Below, one piece after another: positions 41,943 through 57,783 of a stretch of DNA of 64,000 nt (the first letter of the stretch is position 1; every line of letters begins with the position of its first letter). The stretch comes from Tubiluchus corallicola (lineage: Eukaryota; Animalia; Priapulida). The stretch spans positions 1-64,000 of the forward strand of contig JAQGDQ010000273.1 of assembly GCA_030141605.1 (NCBI GenBank), given 5' to 3'. The notes beneath the pieces were generated by a model that was not told the origin of the DNA, did not search any database, and worked only from the letters and a program-made list of their open reading frames with translations. The position numbers and the translations under genes are program-made.

Positions 41943-42721
41943 TAATTTGCGTAGATGACAATTCTTGTCACCCCTTTCTCCATTTTTTATCTCTTGGTGT
42001 AAAAATGACACTGTCCTTTCAAAATGGTTGGTTATTACATCTATGTGACTTAAAATTCCACCGCTAGGAGACTTTGGTCTTTAACAGGTTTCAGTAATTC
42101 TCTAAAAGCCCATCATTATCCGAGGGGAGTTTACTGTAAGCGTAACATGGATGGAGAGACCAAGAAAACGAAAAGAGAAAACTGAATTGAACACAAATGA
42201 CGTCAGAAATTATATAAATAAACTACTTACAGATGAGTTTTCTTTACATAATACGACCACGGCACGTCCAGGATTCTGAAAAAAGGAAAAGAAATCTTCA
42301 AAGTAATGGAAAAAAATCACAAAAAAACTATTGAAGCAGTACAACACATATTTATGTTAAGAACACATTTAAATAACTCGTGACTAAAACATGGAGATAA
42401 TCCTTAACGACACAGCAATTCAGAAACTAGTCCAGAATGCGAAGCATCGAGTTGTTCGCTTATTGATTTTTTTCTGCCCTAGTGCCTTCTTCGCCACTTA
42501 GAATACTATTTTCTAATGACATGAATGCGTTTTTTTGTAAAAGTCTAAAATATGGAATAACTGGTTATAGGGAATACGGGGAATCTGGTTAAAAACTTAT
42601 CACATGTACAGTGAGAAGAAGGCAGACATCGCGGCGAAGCAGACCATTTTATAGTCGCAAGCGAGGTACTTGCAACTCATACTGAAGAAAAGGAAAGGCA
42701 TGAGGTTTCAATCCAATGTGC

Positions 42722-43115
<394 letters not shown>

Positions 43116-43267
43116 ACTACTAATTTTTAGCACAGTAGTAAAATAATAGCACAAGATAATTGTTTTTGTTATTAGAAGTTGCTTCATTTTGTAACTTGAA
43201 GCTTGAACTTTTAGTGGCACAGCGTGAGTACAGTGGTAAATTTGATTTTGAACTTTTATCCTAAAAT

Positions 43268-44464
43268 TGCGGCAACCTCCACGCCTGAAAGAGTTAGTAT
43301 ATTCTATTCAAAGATAGTACCGTAAGACGGGGTGAGTTCGCCACTTTTTAGGGGTATTTTTTACATTTTCTGCCATAGCAAGAGAATTACCCAACCGATT
43401 TTCTTAGTTCAAACTTTATATTGCCTTTCGAATGAAACACTATCGTGGGGTGAATTCGCCACTAACAATTTAACACTGTTTAATGCCATTCTAGGCAGCT
43501 GAAGTTAACTGGTTGTGATTGGCTGGTTGGGGGTGAGTTCGCCACCCTATGAAAAATTTTTGAAAAATGTCTAGTTTTAGACGAATTATTGAAAATGTTC
43601 GATGGTGGGACGTTTTCAATAAGGGGCCCTACGTTGGCAAGGAAGGCTTGAACGTCTTGTGCACTGATCTTATCGCGGGCGCCCTTAATGTTGCCAGCCA
43701 CTCTGAAAACCAGATTGTTCCTTCGGGCGAATGATTTGACAAAGTCTATTCCAGGGGTGTTTGCCTTGAATCGTCGTTCCTGGATTCCCTTCGCGTCAGG
43801 AACGCTCTTAATCAGTAGTCGGAGATCGATGGCAGTCATTGGGAACCCCCACTCAGCGGCCACTTGGAGTGTTGGCGATTTCGTGCTCCTCGGCGGCGGA
43901 GAACACTGGCTGACCTCAGGTCTTCCGCGGATGACTTCCTGAGAGTTTGTCAGAAAGGGTCTTTCTTGGAACTCCGAATTGCCTCGCCGCTGCGTTGATT
44001 GTCCTGTTGGTATTCTTGACGGCATGTAGGGCAGCTTCCAGAGCTTCTGGGGTATAATTTTGGTATCTATGACCCGGTACAGGGGTGCAGGTGCGTGGGT
44101 GCAGGGGTGCAGGTGCGTGGCATGTTAAGTAGCAAGAAATAGTAGACAAATAATATGTAGCGCAGAATGGAATACTTCTAGTGCGAATTGAAAGAAGATA
44201 ACTGTCACAAACTGTTTATAATGACGGTGATCATGATATCTGTTCATTAAACACTGAACAACAGTTACAGCAAACCTACAATGGCCATTACGTAAGGGGT
44301 GGCGAACTCACCCTCGGGTGGCGAACTCACCCCGTTTTACGGTATATCTTAGATTTATACTTTATAGAAAATTTCTTGCATATTTCTTTGTTTTATTTTT
44401 CTAAGTTTAAGTGATAAACAGCAAAACAAATTCATCATACTGAGTGACTTGTTCTTTCCTTTAA
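43268..44464 (-). mobile_element. Family C fragment split by the pogo insertion
   Basis: GCGGCAACCTCCACGCCTGAAA (43269) and ...GACTTGTTCTTTCCT|TTAA (44464) are colinear parts of family C on either side of 43320-44342. Confidence 0.7.
43320..44342 (-). mobile_element. pogo/Tigger-family (Tc1/mariner superfamily) DNA transposon, internally deleted
   Basis: TA target duplication; TIR CCGTAARACGGGGTGAGTTCGCCAC at both ends. Frameshifted transposase with a psq-type HTH (YTPEALEAALHAV...INAAARQFGVPRKTLSDK) and a CENP-B-type HTH (EWGFPMT...PGIDFVKSFARRN), truncated at NIFN just before the expected first catalytic Asp. Confidence 0.92.
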
Positions 44465-44779
44465 TGCCAATCTCCGTGTAGTTATTTTAACGTGTAATTT
44501 CGCAAATCGAAAAACATGATGTTTTTGACATGCTAGTATAATTGCTTCACATTGAGATGTGTTTCTCAAAACAGCTTGAAGGAAAACATTGCAACACCGG
44601 CTGTAATAAAAAGCTTCTTGCGTTCTTTATAGAGGCAACTGGGTAATTCCTATGTGTTGATACTATCAACTGTCGAATATTGTTCTCAGAAACCCTAATA
44701 GTTACTGTTACAATGAGATCGGTGCAGTTTTGAATGTAATTACCACGTAACACAACAAAGCATATGTTTCTCTTACCGA

Positions 44780-45755
44780 TAAAAAGCATTTTCACAATTT
44801 TGTTGTACACACGCGCAGTTAGTGTAGGTCAAAGGTTAAATATACCTTTAGCAATGCGCCTTAACTACAACCCTCATGTGACATATTGGTAAAGCAAAGC
44901 AGTCTGCTGCATCAGTTCAGTAACGCCAGTTGTTTTACGTGGACTTCACTTAATTATGCACTAGTCTGTGCATAGAGTGATTTACTAGCAGGATCTTGCT
45001 TGGGAACAAGAAAAAATGAACTAGGTAAGGTTCTAGTTAGCTGTGAAAACTGCTACTATTACAATAGATTGGGCTACGAGGCGTTGTCAAACGTACACAT
45101 TTGCACTGTCTGGTGCACTTAATCTTTGATCTTTTCGCGATCAATAAAAATCGCTGGCATTGTGAAAGGCTTATTACCACGTGACAGAACAAAGCATCTA
45201 TTGGTATTACCGATAAAATCGAACATGTACAAAAATCGTTCACACGCAGGTTGCTTGGCAGGTCTTCGAGAACGAGTTGTCTATACAAGGAACGATTACG
45301 TATACTCAGTGTGGACCCACCAGATGTCAGAAGGTTTAGAGCAGACCTGATTATAGTTTTCAAAGTTTAGAGTTGATTTAGGTTTAGTAAACCGACTCAT
45401 AGTTCCAGCGATTGATGATGATTGGAAAAGTTCAAAGGTTAAGTGTACCAGACAGCGCATTTGTGTACACTTGATAACTCCTTGCAGCCCATGCTACTGT
45501 AACAATAATAGTTTTAATAGCTAGCTAGAATCTTACCTTGCAATTTTTTCTTGTTCCCAACAAGGTCCTGCTAGTAAATCACTCTTGTCACAGACTAATG
45601 CGCAGTTCAGTAAAGTCCACGTAAAATAACCGAAGTTTACTGAACTGATGCAGCAGATGGCTTTGCTTTACCCACACGTCACGCGACGATTGTAGTTAAG
45701 ATGCGTTGTTGTGATACACTTAACCTTTGACCTACAGCAACTGTGAAAAAACATT
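44780..45755. mobile_element. Two family B copies in inverted orientation (44780-45175 -, 45390-45755 +)
   Basis: Near full-length copies, reverse-complementary, ~215 bp spacer. Confidence 0.8.
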
Positions 45756-47479
45756 ACTTTCAACTTTACAGCAGCGACTTAAGGAGCACCACAGGCTAGT
45801 ACAATTAAAGCACTGATCATGTAAACCTTTGTACGTCAACGTGGCAGTTTTTCATTTGACGATTATTGATGACATTTAGTTTTGGAAGGAGTCTACAGTT
45901 TCTCACAATGTTTAAATACCCTGACCTAATCCTAGCCCTAACTCAAACCCAACCCTAACCCTAACCCGACCCTAGCCCTAACACTAACCCGACCCTAGCC
46001 CTAACACTAATCCGAATCCCAACCCTAATCCTAATCATAATCCGCCTATGGAACCAATTTCTTGTGTCAGTTGTGTGTTGGGAATTGTAAACTTTAACCT
46101 TAATTTTTTAAAATGCAAAAGTTTTTCATACATAACATAAAAATTACAAAAACCGTAATCTTGTAACTTCCACAGCCAAAAGTACGCATATTGTAATAAT
46201 CATCTAGTGAAATTTGAACGTTGTAGGACACTTACTTCTAATTTTATTGTAGTCTAAACTTCTGTACGTTTTTTCTGTGCCACCCGATACATGTGAAATG
46301 CAACTTCTCTTTATTTATTAATCATCAATTTATTATTAAAAACAGTTTTGTTTACAGAAAACCAGCCTGAATCTGCACCATCAAATATTCCTTTTGGAAG
46401 ATCAAGTTCTCAATCACACCAACCAGCAAAATCAACAATGACGACGAGCAAACGAAAACCGAAGATATTGCTTTACTTATCTTTCAAAAAAAAACTCACA
46501 AGAACATTCGGACGTGACAGCATTCAAAATCACCCAGAGCAGTAATCTCATCTATTTAACACACAAACTCTTGCATCACTGACTGAGTAAAATCCAATTA
46601 ACTTAGTTCCCTCCTTGCCGAACTATTTATAACGAGAGATAGAAATGTCTACGCATTATGACGTCACTAATATGGCTTCAGGTGTTGCCATATGAAGCCA
46701 TTTGTAGAAATGAGAATCAGGTGATTTACGTAAAATTTCCTAAATGAGGTAAATGGTTTAAGGTGATGCTGGGCTCTCCACAGAGAATTTGCTGGGATTC
46801 ATCACTGTTCAAAAGGGAAGAAAAGGGAATTTTTAAATATTCCTTAAAAAACTTTCAATACAAAGTTATATTACTTAGCATTACACTTATCAGTTTCAAG
46901 GACATATGTAACTGAAAAAAATACTTAATAATTTTAAATGGTCGAGCTAGTTCATTAAGCGTCGCTGTTTCACTATTCCAGTGTGCACCAAGACACGTCA
47001 TTGGTTCACCAAAATCTATATTATTAATCTTATTGACAATATAAAGTAAAATTATTCTTTTGCTTAGTAAGTGAAAAGTGCGCTACGCGTTCTGTGATTA
47101 TTTTTTCAAACTTTGTGGCGTATTATTTTGTCTAAAACAAGTTTCCGTCAACAAATTGGTTGCGCCAAACATTTTAGTTTGCAAGTTTCATACAACTTTT
47201 TTTAGTTTTTCACTTTTCATTCAACCCACATCACATTTTTGAAAAAAAATAATTGCTTTTATAATTTACATACTGGTGTAGGCTGGAAGATACGTACATG
47301 GCAAAAATGCCACAAAAATGGTCACACGAACAATTAACAAAAATAGAATGCAAAATGTAATTTGATCAATGATGAAAATAAATAGTGGTGTAAATGAACA
47401 ACAAACGATTGTCAGTGATCATAATACAGGATGTCAACTACTAATAGTATAACTCTATAGCATTTTACTAACTGAAGTT

Positions 47480-48420
47480 ACAATTGTGGCAACACTCTAC
47501 CAAGCTTGCACTGCATTACTGGTAACTACCACACTCTCCATGGCTATGATTTTGCTTGTGGCACCACATTATCCTAAGCTGTCATTTCACTTGTGGTACC
47601 ACACTTTCCACAGCTATCATTTTGCTTGTAGTACCACACTATCCAAAGCTTCCACTTCACCACTGGTAGCACACTCACCACAGCTATCACTTTGCTGTGG
47701 CACACACTTCGCCTGTGCTACAAGACTCTCCCAAGCCATCTTTTCACCTTCTGTGTCCTAAGCTGTCAATTTGCCAGTGTACTCTTCAAAGCTATCACTT
47801 TCACGTCTCTGTGGCACCACTACAGTAAATGTATCGCTTCACCGGTGATGCCACACACTCTGAAGCTATCACTTTACCTGTGCTACTATCCCAAGCAATC
47901 TCTTCATCTGTGTCCTAAACTGTAACTTCACCTGTGATGCCACACTCCCCAAAGCTGTCATTTCACCAATGATACCACACTCACCAAAGCCATCACTTCA
48001 CCTGTGATGCCACACGCCCTGTAGCTGTCAGTTCAGTAGTGATACCACACTGCCCAATCCTATCAATTTACCTGTGTTACCCACCATTCAAATCTGTCAT
48101 CTCACCTGTGATACCACACTCCCCAAAGCTGTCATCTCACCTGTGATACCACACTGCCCAATGCTGTCATCTCACCTGTGATACCACACTCCCCAAAGCT
48201 GTTATTTCACCTGTGGTACCACACTGCCCAACGTTGTCATTTCACCTGTGGTACCACACTGCCCAACGCTGTCATTTCACCTGTGATACCAAACTCCCCA
48301 AAGCTGTCATTTCACCAGTGATACCACACTCCCCAAAGCTGTCATTTCACCAGTGATACCACCCTCCCTAAAGCTGTTATCTCACCTGTGATACCACATC
48401 ATCTGAAACTCTCACTTTGC
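47480..48420. repeat. Minisatellite, ~35-bp unit, about 25 copies
   Basis: CACCTGTGATACCACACTCCCCAAAGCTGTCATTT repeated; most homogeneous at the right end. Confidence 0.9.
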
Positions 48421-48809
48421 GTGTGACACGCACCATCTTATAATCCGTCACAACTCATCAACATTTCTTCAAGATTGCAGCTACGTTTAATTTGCTTTAC
48501 TTCCCCTGGGCGTTTCTCTTTGTCATTTTTCAATGTTTGTGTCATCACAGCCTAAACAGTTTTTGATGACTTTGCTAAAGTTACTATTTGCAGAGCATTT
48601 AATTGCTTTTCCACGCTGTTATTGTGCACAGCAGAACTGCCATAATAGGAAATTCATTTGTTGATGGTTTAAAAGAAGTTCTCGCTTTATTGTTACTGTC
48701 AATGTTGCTGTTTTTCTCTCGGTTTGTTATGCAATGTCATTTGCCTTTATGGCTCCTATAACATTGCAGAACATGAATTTCATCTAATAAGATATAATAA
48801 ACGCCTTAA

Positions 48810-49343
48810 AGGAAAGAACAAGTCGTTTAGTATGTTGGGTTTATTTTACTGCTATCACTTAAAGTTAAAAAAATAAGAAAAAAAATTGCAAAAATCTGTC
48901 TATGAAGTATAACGGCAATTTATACTGCTGCTGTACAAAAATTTCCAGGCGCAGTGGTAGCTGCTATTCACTTGAAATTCATGACGTAACTGGTGGACTT
49001 CGTCACTTTCCGTAAACGCATCGTGGCTTTCCGTAAACGCGGGCTGATTAAACAAATTTAAACTTCTGCAGCTAACGTAATACTGCGAAAAGATAACAAA
49101 ATTAGTTGTTCATTTTTTTTGTAAAAAAATTATTATACTTTTGACGGGAATTTTCTTTAATCGACGAATGACGTCATTGGTGTGTTCAAAGGGGAAGCGC
49201 AGCCAAGCGTGAAGTGATTGTGACTTTAAAATGATTTTACTAATTACACGAGGCGCTTACAACAAATTTTATTACTAAATCATTCTAACATTACATGTGA
49301 ACATTGAAATAAGTCTAACTTCCCAGAAAGCCTGGCATTTCCT
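48810..49343 (+). mobile_element. Family C full-length copy
   Basis: TTAA|AGGAAAGAACAAGTC...CATTTCCT|TTAA; colinear with the other copies. Confidence 0.82.
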
Positions 49344-49624
49344 TTAAAGTGAGTGAAAACAACACGATGGAACGAACTGCTATGCATTATTAAAATGACA
49401 AAAAACAAATATTGTAAAGAAAAAATGCATAATTATAAAAGTTTTATTTAAAGAAACGTTGATTTGAACCAGAAACTTTTGAGGTCTAAATCCCTCTTTT
49501 CTTCAGTCTGAAAAAAGATTGATCTTAACGATACGCTCTGTTTACTCAAACCTTAGCCACCCCTCTCATCTCTTTGGGCTCGCTTGAAAGTGTATGTCAT
49601 TCAAAAACGTAAACATAATGTTAA

Positions 49625-50084
49625 CCCTTTCAGTCCCAAATTATTTTTTTAATAAGAAAAATTTTCGCGGCTTGGTACTTTTGTTCAGTATGTCCATCTT
49701 GTTTACACATAATAATTATTTTTTTCTACCTGTGCCCGCGTGCTAAAAATAGCCTGTATCCCACGGGATACATTGGGATTCAATGGAAGCATAAAATGTG
49801 CTTCATTTTGCAAATGCTGATAATTTTTTAAAGTATTTAAGACATTTAGTATGCACGCTATGCTGATCTGTACAAAGTCGCCTCTAAAGTACTGTACCTT
49901 GCACAGTTTTATATGCTATGTAGATTTTCTAGTTTGCCATTTTATCACCATTTTTAGTCTGTTGTTATTGGCTTAAATAAAAATAACTATTAACAGATCA
50001 AATAACTGTCAATTTTAAAATTTTGTTAATTTTAAAGGCAGAAAATATTCTCGTATCCCACGGGATAAAACGGGTATGAAAGGG
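49625..50084. mobile_element. piggyBac-type MITE
   Basis: TTAA|CCCTTTCA...TGAAAGGG|TTAA termini; internal palindrome GTATCCCACGGGATA twice (~49756, ~50053). Confidence 0.85.
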
Positions 50085-50499
50085 TTAAGCAATATAACTT
50101 TGTATAGAAAGTTCTTCAGTATATACTTTAAAATTGACTTTGCTCCCATTTGTTCCTTTGTTGTTTGCTAATTACTTGCACGGGCACTTATCTGTTGACG
50201 TAACAGTTCTATTATGTTTTACTAATTAAGAATTTATTTAGTCTAAGTGCAGCGGTTGTTCAATTTGCTGTGACGAATTGTTGAAGTTATCCAGCAATGG
50301 TTTCTCCTACAGATAAATGCATTATCAGCCTTTTCGTCTATGCACAAAACATGTCTTTAGAGGTCAAACCTTTCAGATGTTCTTTTCCGCAGCATCTTTC
50401 GAGCACAAAGGCTTGAAGCCAGACAGATTCATTTTGTTAGCAGAACAGACATAGTATATGTATAATGTGGGTATTCTATCACATTAAATAAAGAAAGCA

Positions 50500-51620
<1,121 letters not shown>

Positions 51621-52427
51621 CCGGTAATTAAAAAATAATTAAATATTTTTATAGCTCTTAAATCAATTCAGAAAAAGTATACTACGTCAACGATTCCTCA
51701 CAAAAGAAATCCCTCAAATTTCTCAATGACAAATCCAGAATGATTAAAGAAATGCAGGAAAAATATTAAAAATCTAAGTTTACAATGGACTTCACAATAA
51801 TGCGCAACACTGAAAAACTAGAGAATGATTCACATCAATGTTCATTGATGTTCTTTCTTAACATGTTCACATACTTCAATGTAGTAATAGGTACGATACG
51901 GACACGGCACGTCAGAAAGAATTTCCTATTTCTCCTTTTGAGTTTCCAATAATCGAATTGAGTGATTTCATTGTATCAGCTTTAACAAACTTTTGTTCAG
52001 CCTCTCATTCAATTAGCGCACGAGTTTGTTCCTTAGCAACAACGTATCATTATCACTAATGGAAAAGAAAAGCGACTATTACAGAAAAACTGAAAAACTA
52101 CTTGTACAAGGCAGTAGCGAATGTGTAAACCGAAATTGTAGCCAATGTTTCGAAAGTTTATGATGATGTTGTCTTAACTTTATTGACATAAATAGGTATT
52201 GGGATGCGTTGATGACTATTCACTTTCTTTGTGAACTTGCACTGGTTAAAACAATTATAACGTTATAAGCATGCTATTATTAATATGTGGTTAATTGATA
52301 TAGTATAGTCGCTTGTGATTGATTAGGAATAGGTACACTGACTGATTGATTTATACCTGCGAATCATTTTTCTTTGATTTACACTCGGGATTGTTGATGT
52401 TGGTGAATGGATCTATACAGTCTAGAA

Positions 52428-53475
<1,048 letters not shown>

Positions 53476-54079
53476 TGCAATGAATGCCCTCTTATAATAT
53501 CAGTGCTGCTAATATATCTCTTTCCCTGTAGTAGTGCTATACGGCATGTTAAATTGTTTTCTATATTCGCAGAAAGCTACAAAATAGAATACGCTATAAA
53601 AAAATAATAATATAATATAAAAAATATAATAATGTAATGCCCGCATTAAAACAAGTGTATAGCCTAAACTGCAGTCTCTTCTGCTTGTTCAGTGCTTCAA
53701 AATGACGAACTATCTCTGATACAATGCGATAGATTTTGGGGCCAGCTACAATGAGTAGGCACTCCCGCCGAGCATGGAACTCAGCTTCCCCATCAGTGCA
53801 GCTAATGCGTCCCAGAATGTTTTCAGCAAGTCATAAAAGCTGACTGCCTGTTGGGCATTTAGCGAAGCCATTGAAGCTCGCGGACAAGCTCAAGGTTAAC
53901 AGCCAAAATGAGGTTCAGCTGGGCTTCAACACACAGTGAAAGTACGTATAGACTGAGTAGAAACTGTCCAATTATTTAACAACTACCAACCAATCAGTCC
54001 TGTAAAATAAGTCGACAAAATTTGTGAATGAAAGCTGTTAGCATCGACAAACTTGCCTTTCTCGGTCTGCCCTTTTTAA

Positions 54080-54622
54080 AGGAAAGAACAAATCACTGAG
54101 TATGTTTTTTTGTTTCACTGTTATCGCTTAAACTTAGAAAAATATAACAAAGAAATTTGCAAAGAACTGTCTGTAAAGCACAAATTTAAAATGTACTACT
54201 TATGAGTAGAAATTTTCAGGCGTGGTGGTTGCCGCCATTCACTTGAAAATCATGACGTAACTGGGAGACTTCGTGAGTTTTCGTAAGCGCGTCGTGACTT
54301 TCCGTAAGCGCGCGCGCTGCTTAAACTAATTCAAACCACTGCAGCTTACCTAATGTTCACGCAAAAATATTACAAAATTAGCTGCCCAATTTTCTGTAAA
54401 AACATATTATATTTTTGACTACGATTGACAGTGCGCTACTTTTCTTCAAGAAGAATGACGTCATTGGTGAAAGAAAGGGCATTCAATATGGGAACGCCAA
54501 AGAATGAAGTTATCGCACCTTTAATTAAACGAGGAGTTTATTGCAAATTTATTACTAAATTCTTCTAACATTTTTCGCGAACATTGAATAAACCAGACTT
54601 CCCAGAAGACTTGACTGATTCT
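54080..54622 (+). mobile_element. Family C full-length copy
   Basis: TTAA|AGGAAAGAACAAATC...GACTTGACTGATTCT|TTAA. Confidence 0.82.
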
Positions 54623-54929
54623 TTAAGAAGCGCCAATTTCGCGCAAGTGGTAGTTTTTCAAAAGTGCGCAATGTGGTAACACCACCGATATCACTGCTAA
54701 CAGCTTTCATTCCCATGTTTTGTCATCTTAAGCAGGGGAAATTAGTTTTCTGGTCATCTGTCAGCTCTCGCTGTTATCGCACAAAGCTGGAAAACAAGTT
54801 TTTGCTATCAGCGAGTCTTCCTCGTAAAATGTGCCGAATCTTGTTTTCAAAAAAAAAAAGATTTCCCTTATATGCACGTATGAATAAGGAAGCTAACCAT
54901 ATACCATTAACCTTACACATTTCATAGAA

Positions 54930-55340
54930 ATCTTCAAAGGAAATTTTTAAAGATTGGATGGACATACATAATAAAAAAATGAAGATCTATACACTAGAAC
55001 GAAAGGAACCTTGGAGTTCAAAGTCAAGATCTGAAGGTTAAGATGGCTGTGACATCTTCTAAGATCACCAAGTAAAGAACCATTAAGAATCGCTCTAAAG
55101 GAAGCCTTTAAACCTTGCAAAAAAACCACCTGGCAAACCTGAAACAACTTGGATAGCTAAGATAAATAAAGACGTTCAACAACTTCAACCAAATCTATCT
55201 TTAGGAGTAAAAGAACTCGGGCTGTTAGCTGCAGATAAGAGTAGGTGGAATGCTCTAACAAATTGTAATATCTTATTGTCTACAATAGATAGAATGAGAC
55301 TTTGAAGAAGAAGAAGAAGAAGAAGAAGAAGAAGGAAGAA
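54930..55340 (+). mobile_element. 5'-truncated RTE-like LINE 3' end
   Basis: Degenerate ...RLRWL*HLLRSPSKEPLRIAL...PPGKPETTW...LAADKSRW, followed by a (GAA)n tail. Confidence 0.75.
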
Positions 55341-55680
55341 AATAACCATGTAGCATTACAACCGCTCCACGGTTCATTGCAAGGTTCCACACTAGCACCC
55401 AGTTGTTTTACTGATCGTACTGAAATTAACAGTTTACTTGCTAACAGAGGGTTTGTATCTATGTTATAATGTGATTAAGATGTTATAATAAATAAATAAA
55501 CAAATGTTTTTTATTCGGCTTTTTATTTTAAGACTTCTGCATCATTGAAATGACCTAAAAATTTTGGCGTGTATACATAAGCGTCAGTAACGTCATTGTG
55601 GTAATTTTCAAACGATTCCCATTATTTGTAATCAAAATTTTAGCACGTTTTTGCCCTACATGATGTATGTATTTCTATAG

Positions 55681-55737
<57 letters not shown>

Positions 55738-56433
55738 GTAATATATAAATATATACATCAGGTAGCGCAAAAAACGTGTATATAAATATGTGTATGTGTA
55801 TATTTTGTTTGCCAAAAGACTTAGCAAATTAGTAATATATATATATAATAAACTTACATAACAATATTAATAATCATAATAATACAATAATAATAATAAT
55901 AACAATTATGAAACATTATACATCATTAAATTGCATATTATTATTGCATTTTATAAATATCATTAAATATAATTTTAATGTGCTATTGTACTGATTGTAA
56001 AAAACTTCTGTAATGCATTGAAGCCATACTGTAGCCACTGCTGCTGTAGATACTGAAGCCAGAAGCCAAAAGGATGCAAACTTGACCTAGCATTCCATTC
56101 TTGCTCACAAAACCCGAGAACAAGTTCCAGTCTCTCAACTTTTACACGTGTCTTCTCGCTGAATTCAGCATGTTTGACAAGTCTGGGATGTTTGCTCAAA
56201 AACGCCATGATTTTCAACGCCACGTCAAACATTTCACGTGGCAATGTGGGTCATGAAAAGAGTGTGAAATCAAACAGAGCACTGGGTCAGACGTTGCAGT
56301 GACAGAAGGTGGCCGCTCTTGCTCATGTCGTGCTTCCCAAATATGGTAAACATCTGCCCTGTTTGGAAATGACAGGTTTTGGTATGGTGCTGTAAACAAA
56401 ATGCTTTACTATCATGCACCTTATAGGTTTTAA

Positions 56434-57054
56434 AGGAAGACAGGATGATTTTTCAAATACTACCCCCATGTTCAAATCCGATAAGAACTGTACATTTTAA
56501 TGCCAATAATATATACTGCAAAAATCTTTCTGATAATTAAATAATAGATTAAAATCTTAATTAGCGGCGGGCTAGCCCAACTATTGATGACATCACAAAC
56601 GAACATAATTTTCGACAACAAAAATATTCCACGAGCGTGTTTCTCGTCTTTGCAAAAGTGAAAATTGAAGTACAGCACTGCTGTAAGAGATTCAATGTGT
56701 TGTACAGAAATTAGGCAAGTTTTAAGATAAAAATTCATATTTCAAATTTACCGCTACGCTTATGCATCAGCTATCGAACGTGTGTAGTTCGTCACAAACT
56801 AACACATCTGAACTGAAAGGTACAGCACCTGCTTTTGTGCAATACGTTTCCGAAATGCAGACGCTCGTGCTCGTCTAAGTAGCAAATGACGAAATGCATG
56901 TAATAGCGAAAAACTAGTGGCGCGAAGGAGAAATTTTGTTTGTGTGGTAATAATTCTTTTACATAAGTCATTTTTGCAAAAATAGTGTTTCCTTTCACTA
57001 TTTTAAAGAGTAGATTGTATTGACCTACAGTTTAAGATTGGGTCCGGTTTTACT
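56434..57054 (-). mobile_element. Family A non-autonomous DNA transposon (Kolobok-like), full-length copy
   Basis: TTAA at both ends; termini AGGAAGACAGGA / AGTAAAACCGGA (imperfect TIR); about 10 copies or fragments in the window. Confidence 0.8.
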
Positions 57055-57783
57055 TTAAGTAACTTAGTTACTTTTATTTACTACAATTCTACGTAATTCG
57101 AGACTAATATATTATAACAATAGGTAAATAACTAACAAGTATAGACCAAAATGACATTAGCAAAATCTACAATATACATAGCCATACAATTGCTACAATT
57201 AGCAATATACATATAGTTATGTCACCAAATCTATGCCTATACATTACTGTCATAAAAAGTACAACACTAACCATAGCAAATCTGAGAATAAACTCCATTG
57301 AATTGGTTGGAAATAATTTCTTAAATTAACAAATAAATGAAATAATTCATGAATACAATGTATTTAATTCCATCAATAAATGAACTGAATCATGCATCTA
57401 CAGGTAACTAAAGGGGAATTCTAAAGTGCATCCGAAAGAACTTTCCGTACAAACTTATATTACTTAGCATTACACTTACCTTTCTGAAAAACTTATGTAA
57501 TTGGAAAAGAAAAATCCTAATAATTTAAAATATTCGTACCACCTGGTAAAACAGCACTGCATCGCCATCCCAGTGTGCACCACTGGCTCACCAAAAAACA
57601 TTACTGATCTTATTGACAATATTTAAGCTTTTGCTTAGTTAGCGAAGTAAGTGCCACAAACTCTGATTATTTTTACAAACTTTACATAAACTTATATAAA
57701 TTGTTACATAAACTTATTTCAAACGACTTATCATTTAAATGGCTTTGCCTAATTTTAGACAGTGTTACTGCTAATGCAAGCTC

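Noticed and set aside
45920-46045. Interstitial telomere or chromosome fusion scar
   Set aside because: Degenerate CCCTAA units sit between inverted arms shared with 40561-40708, so they are part of a small mobile element.
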